Assembly: GCA_964016885.1 (NCBI GenBank)
Contig: OZ024746.1
Span: 90,086,001-90,150,000, forward strand
Reading direction: 5' to 3'
Length of the DNA: 64,000 nt
Source: Eledone cirrhosa
Lineage: Eukaryota
The notes beneath the pieces were generated by a model that worked only from the letters and a program-made list of their open reading frames with translations, searched no databases and had not been told where the DNA came from. The translations under genes were made by a program, and so were the position numbers. Positions 55,458 through 64,000 of the stretch are shown piece by piece (positions within the stretch are counted from its first letter, which is position 1; every line of letters starts with the position of its first letter).

Positions 55458-58359
55458 TTATATATATACATACATATGTGTGTGTAGGTGGGTGCTGGTG
55501 CTTCTCTTATTTTACGCCTATGCTTAAAAAGATTGCGTCAGTGTATAATCTAGTGCAGGTATACTATATATATATATATATAATATGTGTGTGTGTGTGT
55601 GTGTATGTAAATGTATGTGTGTTTTTAGTGAGTGTGTGTATATATATATATATATGCGTGTGTATGTATATCACGTTCGTGTATATGATTGCTATATTTC
55701 CGTTCTTCATTCAAACTTCTACTTCTTTCGCTCATAATTCTTTGGAGATTTTACTTTATAATTTTCCTACTCCACCACATAACCATATATGAATTTTCTA
55801 CTGCTTGGATGTGACAAAGAAGTTATCATGAAACAGTTTTGTAAAAGTATAAATGAATATACGAAAAAAGTAAAAAGTTAACAAGGAAATTCTATAGTCA
55901 TCACGTGTTACGTACGTTTGTCATTTTTCTTTATAATATGCTCGATATATATTAGTATCCTGCGAATTTTATCTCACATTTCCACTATTTATGTTCTGAT
56001 TTCAAATCTAGCTGTTACCAAAAGGTTGCCTTCAGCTTTCAATCAACGACAATGGAAGATGTAACTTACTGAATAGAAATTATCGATTCGTAACTACCTT
56101 ATTTGTCCGGCAATATAGCTTTTAAAAAACTATTATTTAAACAGGTGTCTTATTAAAATTATTTTCCACTCCACGAGAGAACCTTTTTAACTGTCACTCA
56201 ACCTATAAAGTATGAACAACGGGAGAATATACTAAAAGAAAATCTTAAAACCACTGTCTAAAGAAAGAGATGAACATATCATGGTCGTAATATAGTTGTC
56301 TTGCTTGATACAACTGAGTTCATGGTAACACAATCTTTCACTTAATATTATCATTTCTTAATAGTTATCTCTGTGATGTTAAAATATTTCATCAGCATGG
56401 AAAGTATAGACGCTTAATCTCATATAAATTCCTACTACAGCAGAATATGTGAAATGGTATTTGTAGTCTTCGGCATGTTTCTAACCTCAGAATATTATTA
56501 AATAGCAAAAGGCAGTTAAGCACAAGCTTTGATCTTCACCGACTCTTTTCTTCAATGTTTAATTTCTTTTTTTATTTCCGGTTCGTGCCACACAACCGTC
56601 CTATCGGCAATTTCAGAAGCATATCAGTTGTCTTTCTTTCATTCACTTTATTTTTTCGGTCTTACTTTCTTTCTTCCTTCATTTGTTGCTTTTCGCTTTT
56701 ACTTTATTACTTTCCGAGGAGACTTTTGTAACAATTTGCGCATCCATTGTCCATTTCTGGAGAAAAGGACGCTGTGACTGCTTACTTTTTCCAGCACAAC
56801 GCAGTTGATTAATATATAGATTGGAAGAGATAGGGAGAGAGTGAGGGAGCGAGAGAGTGAGAGAGAGAGGTAAATAGAGAGATAGCGAAATATAGACAGT
56901 GGGAGAGAGAAGGGAGAAGACGGGCAGACATGTTTAAAATCAGATAAATACAAAGAAAATGAAAATTTCACACAAGTATGTGGTTGACATTTTTTGGCAC
57001 CTTGGAAGATTGAAATGCAAATGTCACCTAGCCGGGATGAACTCACAGCACAAATTGCCAACGCAATAGCACAACACATTAACTCTGAATATATTAACTC
57101 TCAGTCCCAGATTTCAAGTTAATGATTTAATTATTGTCTCAATATCAAATGACAATATGTAACTTTATGCCCTAACTTTTCTCTATATCGATAGATTGTT
57201 AGACAGAATATAAATTTGTCAAGTACATAAAATTCGATTTCCCCCTCACATTCACCTAAAGTGTTGTGAAAGGTCACTCTAGAGTGCTACACATAACCTG
57301 TAACAAAGTATACCTTGTTGCATGATAAGGTCTTCAGCAAGAAAACGGGCAACATCATCGAGCCTACTTGGGAAGGAATATGAAATTTATACATTCTAAT
57401 TTTAGAATGCTGCATCTTTTTGGCAACGTATTTGAATCTTTAATTTATTCTGAGTTGATTAAGCACCTTAATTCATTAGAGATAAATGATAAATGATGTT
57501 GTTTTCATTTCTCATTGTTGATATCGTGACAGTTATCTTTGAGATAGATTGTCCCGGTTTAGATAGTGTTACGGCTTTTAGGAGTTGCGTCTTTTTTGTT
57601 TTTGTTTTCTGTATGGATTTTTAAACCGATTACATTTTCCTTATTAAATTGAAAACTGACATTTCCTTTCAATGACCAGTCTTCTAGATATTTTCAGATT
57701 AATCCATCGTCGCTCTACACTAGGTTGTATAATGTTAGTCTTCATTATTGATCTTCCCAATGTCATATTTTCTCAGTTTTGTATCTATTCTGATGGCAAA
57801 AGACTTTATTCTTATCGTAATGATAAGTATAATATATTTCATAATGTTAAATTTGCCGATCATAAGCATGACCTTCGGTCTGTTGTTGAGCGCTGCAAGA
57901 ATTGGTTTGTTAACTTATGAGTATATGAGACTAAATTGCTTGATTTGAATCGTAATCTGTGCAAAGCTGAAACTCTGGAAAGGCACAAACTAACCTATTT
58001 TCAAAAAGGTAGAAAAAGATTACTTCAATTATAGAGAAATTTCCTTGGGAAAACCGCCTGGTAATGTTTATTTGAATTCAGACAATTTATTTAAGGACTG
58101 CTTACTTCAACCTATTTTATGAGTAAGATCTAATTGCTATCTTCATTGCTGAAATAATTTGTTTATTTGGTTGAATTTTGTTTCACTACTCAAACATTAT
58201 GGTTGAGTTACTGGGGTAATGTAGTGACATGCGTGCTACCTTTGTTATGTAAAACCAGGTGGAGATCACAAACTAACTTTGAACTGATTATTTCAGAGAA
58301 AGAGGGAGGGATAGAGACAATTTGAGAAGTTGATACAGAGGATTCATCGAGAGTAATGA

Positions 58360-58497
58360 ACAGGTATTATATTAATCAACCTGAAAAGGATGACAATCAA
58401 TGTTGACTTCGGCAAAATTTGAACTCAGAGCAAAGACAATCAAACAAACAACGGAAAGTATTATATCCAACATTATATATAGTCATCGAATCCGCCT
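58360..58497 (-). mobile_element. Old degraded SINE copy
   Basis: aaaggatgacaatcaatgttgacttcggcaaaatttgaactcagagc. Confidence 0.55.
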
Positions 58498-61093
58498 CCT
58501 TTTATATATTAAGATAATCATATTGTTTTCATTTTCCATTTTCTTCTTGCAAGCCATTATTCGACTTTAGGATTTTTTGTTCACCTTTCATTTATTTCTC
58601 AATATGATTGCATGTAAATTTTTCTACATGTTTTCCTTTCTTTTCTATTAACATTTCTGAAATATCTCTTCTTTCTGAACATCCAAAGGTTTACTGTTTT
58701 ACTATAACTACATCCTCCTCCCTAGGTACATGTTTTGACTTTCTATATAATGTCTTCCTAATTGTAGCCATTCACACGTTTTCCTATTCTATATTTGATT
58801 GTTTATGACTTTACGTTTCTCTTTTCCTTCATATTTCACATTTTCATATTGTCACATATCTTCTCATTTCTTTCCTATATTAATTTTCAGTTCAAATTAT
58901 TTTGTTCTCGTTACCAAATTTATGTTTTCCTTCCCATTATTCCTTTTCCAAGTTTTTGTTTTCAATAACATTCCACAGTAAATTACATTAGTATATTGCT
59001 AGACATTAGTGGTTTTAGCTAACATGATTGCTGTAAGATGTTTGCCATCATATTCTATAACATTGCCTTTTCAAATACATGTGTTTTCTGATCTCCATCA
59101 AGAAATACGGTGCTATGATATAAGCGTTGCAAAGTGCTGCGGCATATTTATGGGAAGTACTCTTGTTATGACTTAACTAATATTATTAGAAATAATTTAG
59201 TCCTCACAGAAAGAATAGGTAAAGGAAATAAGATTTAGTATTTCTATACGAGCCGTTAGTTTCATATCCAGCTGGATTTGGTTTGAGTTCCATCTTGGCA
59301 CAGTGGACCTTATAAAGAGCAGCCAGGTATTATCATTCATAAGTTTGTATAAGAAAATATAATTCGTTGCCACTAAATTTCGGGTAATATGAATTTATTG
59401 TTTATGTTTTTTACTTTGCTGCGAGGATGCTAGATTTTAAGACAGTTAGTTCGGAGATGACTGGTATCAATTATCGAGGTGGTTGTGTTTTCCATTGTTT
59501 TCCATTACCTACAAACTCAATACATATTTAGAAGCAGATGTAGTCCTCTTTCTCATGTGGTCTAAATATAAAGATATATTCAATTTCCCTCGATGTGAAC
59601 GTTTTGTCTGTGATTTCAGCTGCTCGGTATCTATTCTACTTGCGATGATGAATATCATTGTTTTGTATTATTCCCACCATAACAGATACAGTCTTTATAT
59701 TTAAAATATTCCTACATTCACTTTTGTATGTTGTTTAAATGATCTTAGGTACAAACTTCCCGACTGAGGAATCGTTACGGTAGCTTCATAGCTGTACCAA
59801 AATAGGTGTTGTTCATGCTCATAAGAAATACAAGCAAAGAAATGAGAAGCTTATCAATAATGCCACACACGGAAGCAAATCTTCTTTACAGCTGACAACA
59901 CATTCCTTCCTACATATATCCTTAATAATTATTTTCAGTCCAATCACATTGCACACAGAGCGAACCATTCCAGACAATACATCTAACCCATTAGTTTCTC
60001 GTTTCATATGGATGATTGATCACCCATGCAAGTGTCATTTTTTTAATATCTACAGAAACAAGTTTTCCTTACATGTACTATTGCATGTGTATTTTTATAT
60101 GATGTGAAATGCGACACACTCTGCAAATTGACATATCATTTACACCATATTTACCACATTCCACATTCACACCAATACTCCTATCAGTCGTATCTACTCC
60201 ATCAGCTTTCCCATTGCTATAACGCACGTGTACTCAACTATGCCAGCTGCATAACGATGTCCGCCATTACCACCAGGTTAGGCGCCATATTACTCAATGA
60301 CTCATTGACTAGTTAGTTCATTCCAACTCAGAATGTGAAATCAGCCACTTGCTTTCTAAATCAAACTATACAATAATCCCCCTTAGTGCCCTTACATCTT
60401 CCTAACATCTTACCATCCTCACTCCCACAAATAAAATTGACTCCAAGATAAATAAGTATGACATTGAACTATTTTGTTAAATCTTTATATACTAACAAAA
60501 ATATTATAATAATTACTATCCATCTGATTATTATATCATATTCTGCACACATTGCTTATCACCATCTACAAAGACAATAAGGATACCATGTGTGACGTGA
60601 CTATGAGAAATATCATTCATTTTTTATCCAGATTTGTAATTCTGTTGCCTTTAACTTTTCATAACATTTCAGTCCAACGACCTATGTGTTCGTATGTAAT
60701 ACAGGTCTTTATAATTTAACTTACAATACTGAAACAAGAGCTTTTTAGAACGAGTCATTTAATGCTAAAATATTGCGGCATCTTCAGTGTTACACATCGA
60801 GATACGGATATATAAATCTCATTATTTTGTAAGATTTTTCTAGCAATCGCTTTGTAAATGAAGCGTTAATTTGACTCTGATCGAACCCTAATCTTAGATA
60901 ATTTATATATCTTAAGGGGTTCTGGCAGGTCCAGTTAGGGTAGAAATGTGTGCACGTTCTAGGAAGTCAGGTATCCAGATACATGTTCACAAGTTATTTA
61001 GTTTAAAAGGTGAAACGTAATAAATGATAATATACATGTATATACACACACACACACACATATATATATAAACGTAATAAATGATATTATACT

Positions 61094-61162
<69 letters not shown>

Positions 61163-61313
61163 ATATATATGTATATATATGTAGAGGTTATATTTAATTT
61201 GTTGGGATACAACAAGCTAAAATATTTGTGTAACTGATATAAAGCACACGACAAATTATTGGAGTAAATACAATATATTGACAAATGGAAACTATATTTA
61301 TAAAACCATATTT

Positions 61314-61377
61314 ATTTCATTATACATATTTCAAGGGCCACCAAAGCAGATTATGGTGCGCTTTCATCAGATAAAAC
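61314..61377 (-). ncRNA. Type I hammerhead ribozyme
   Basis: GUUUUAU-CUGAUGA-AAGcgCACCA(uaaucugcuu)UGGUGgccCUU-GAAAU-augu-AUA-AUGAAAU. Confidence 0.7.
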
Positions 61378-61927
61378 ATAATACAGATTAGTTTTATGAA
61401 TAAATATTGATATACCCTGAAAAAATGCAACCTTAACGGTTGGAGCTTCCTGGATAGTCCATTATTCCCTGTAAATAATGTGCTCAAAGGAGAAGAAATC
61501 CTGAGCTCTTTAACATACAATATGTTGAAAGGGTAACACACCAGAGAGAGAGAGATATACAGTGCGCTATCAATAAAACAGGGAAATAAACCACCAGTGT
61601 ATGGAATCTATAACCTATGAAAGGCAGACTATAGACACGATAATTCAAAATATAAATTAAAGCATAAATAAATGGCTGAGCACATTATTTACAGGGAATA
61701 GCGAGGGCCTATGCCTCCGTTAATTTATCGTGATATTTCGCTCCTAATAACAGTCTTTCCAACTCTGTTTGGTTGAGCACACTTCTCTGAGTGGCTTTGG
61801 GCTGCCCTTTCTAGCAGTTCGTCCCTCAGAGGCCATTGGTTCACTGCCCTTAAACACGCTGTGACTTCCCTCTCCTACGTGTAGCTGGACAGTCACTTTT
61901 AAAATTATCTCAGTTTTGTCTGAAATA

Positions 61928-62042
61928 TATAGCCTTACACACGCTGATGAACCTAGGCTAACCCATTTCTTTCAACACATTACTGGTGAAACATATCTTT
62001 GGATTAGTATCTTTGCATTTGTACGTGTGTTATATAGTTATA
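61928..62042 (+). ncRNA. Type I hammerhead ribozyme with extended stem I (copy 1)
   Basis: UAUAGC-cuu-ACACACG-CUGAUGA-ACC...GGU-GAAACA...UGUA-CGUGUGU-uauaua-GUUAUA. Confidence 0.8.
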
Positions 62043-62482
62043 GAGGTATTTATTTACGCTTTAATTTATATTTTTAATTATCGTGTCTATAGTCTGCCTT
62101 TCATAGGTTATAGATTCCATACACTGGTGGGTTTTTTCCACTGTTTTATTGATAGCGCACTGTATATCTCTCTCTGGTGTGTTACCTTTTCAACATATTG
62201 TATTTTAAATAGCTCAGGATTTCTTCTCCTTTGAGCACATTATTTACAGGAATACGGAGGGCCTATACCTCCATTAATTTATCGTGATATTTTGCTCCTA
62301 ATAACAGTCTTTCCTATCTCTGTTTGGTTGAGCACACTTCTCTGAGTGGCTTTGGGCTGCCCTTTCTAGCGGTTCGTCCCTCAGAGGCCATTGGTTCACT
62401 GCCCTTAAACACGCTGTGATTTCCCTCTCCCACGTGTAGCTGGACAGTCACTTTTAAAATTATCTTAGTTTTGTCTGAAATG

Positions 62483-62597
62483 TATAGCCTTACACACGCT
62501 GATGAACCGATGCTAACCCATTTCTTTCAATAAATTACTGGTGAAACATATCTTTGGATTAGTATCTTTGCATTTGTACGTGTGTTATATAGCTATA
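62483..62597 (+). ncRNA. Type I hammerhead ribozyme with extended stem I (copy 2)
   Basis: UAUAGC-cuu-ACACACG-CUGAUGA-ACC...GGU-GAAACA...UGUA-CGUGUGU-uauaua-GCUAUA. Confidence 0.8.
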
Positions 62598-62744
62598 AAG
62601 GTATTTATTTACGCTTTAATTTATATTTTTAATTATCGTGTCTATAGTCTGCCTTTCATAGGTTATAGATTCCATACACTGGTGTTTCCCTGTTTTATTG
62701 ATAGCGCACTGTATATCTCTCTCTGATATATCTCTCTTTTGAAC

Positions 62745-62839
<95 letters not shown>

Positions 62840-64000
62840 GGAGTTTTGATGCGACAACAATCTTTCAAATTATTATCATAGCTGGTTGAATAAATATAGT
62901 TTCTAAACACGTTGCCTAGATATTTTAATAACTGCTGAATGCAGTGTCTCTTTATCCCATATTGTGCCCTGAAATATACTGGGGAGACTCTAAATATAGA
63001 AAAGCAATCGCTATGTGTGTAATTATTAATTCAACGTATATTGTTCGCTATTCTATTTTATGTTGCTCAGATTGAGTTGTCACTGCAAATGTACAATGTG
63101 CCTTCACTTATTTTCAATTTTGTTCTGTTATGAAACAACAACTCATCGGATGCATTATTCATATAATAAAAAAAGAACAGTTCATTTGTTTGTTATGGCC
63201 TTATAATCTACATAATAGTCAAATGAAAAGTAAATACAAATAGTTCTTGCCTTTATAAACAAGTATTCATTTCTTGTATATACTAGTACAATTGCCTCAC
63301 TATAAATGTTGTACTAGAACCGGGATAGCTATCACATGATCAGAGCTTAAAACCTATGGAAGAACTTCTATGTTCATGCTGCAAGAACATAATGTATATA
63401 CCTTTATATGACCACCGCTTAAAATATATATAGCGAGAGTTTTGTGTACTTAATATAAAGTAACTTATTGTAGTTGCCTTTAGAGATACCTATATTGTAA
63501 GAGGACATCTGTAACTGTATTATAATACGGTTTTACTTTGAGGCAGCGTTGATTCCGTTGTGAGATAGATCTCAATGAAAGTTTAAGATTTTATTTTTTT
63601 TAATACACGAAAAATAATTTTAAAATCGCGGTAAATTTGAATATATGAATAATAAGATTTTCTCGAATTGTAAAATCTCCATCCATAATAGAAAGGCGAA
63701 GGTCTATTTTATAGCTTCAACGTAATACTAACAGTATTTCACAGACGAAGACTGAGTATTACACACAAGAAGATAACTTAATACGATTTCATTATCAAAT
63801 GGTTTAATGTCAGATACTGGTCTTCGGGCGGTGTGCACCTCGAGGTTTCAAGATATATTTTCTATGTTTTTTCTTATGCTCTTTGAATTACAGTAAATCT
63901 TCCACATATCTTTGCAAATTAACACCAACATAAATGATACATTTTTGTCACTGAGGTATGAGTAGCTTACTGTCAGCTGATATAGATATAGCTTACTTTC

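Larger units (their letters stand above)
61458..62745 (+). mobile_element. 555 bp HHR tandem unit (~1.9 copies) with 5' inverted segment; retrozyme/pLTR-like
   Basis: tgagcacattatttacagg occurs at 61677 and 62232. 61464-61672 is an inverted copy of ~62048-62255. Ends in (TA)n. Confidence 0.85.

Overview
AT-rich, microsatellite-dense eukaryotic DNA. It is probably an octopod cephalopod (inferred from the tRNA-derived SINE family and repeat landscape) and probably intronic or intergenic. No host protein-coding exon can be supported, and most ORF-track entries are (TA)n/(CA)n artefacts. Recognisable elements are: a Chapaev3-type DNA transposon with TIRs and a TAA target duplication, two clear and one degraded Penelope-like retroelements (PLEs; RT and/or GIY-YIG), a decayed Ty3/Gypsy element, RTE-LINE fragments, about 8 SINE copies, a Helitron-like element and a Tc2-like MITE. 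The main signal is a population of short, mostly non-coding elements sitting inside (TA)n arrays, arranged as fold-back palindromes and/or 318-555 bp tandem units. By-eye folding finds type I hammerhead ribozyme (HHR) motifs in most of them: about 15 complete or near-complete motifs from roughly 10 sequence families. They include U3-A8 compensatory cores, a U4A core, palindromic stem III, and structure-preserving substitutions between copies. The fold-back junction repeatedly falls inside or right next to the ribozyme. All folds were done by hand and cleavage activity is untested.
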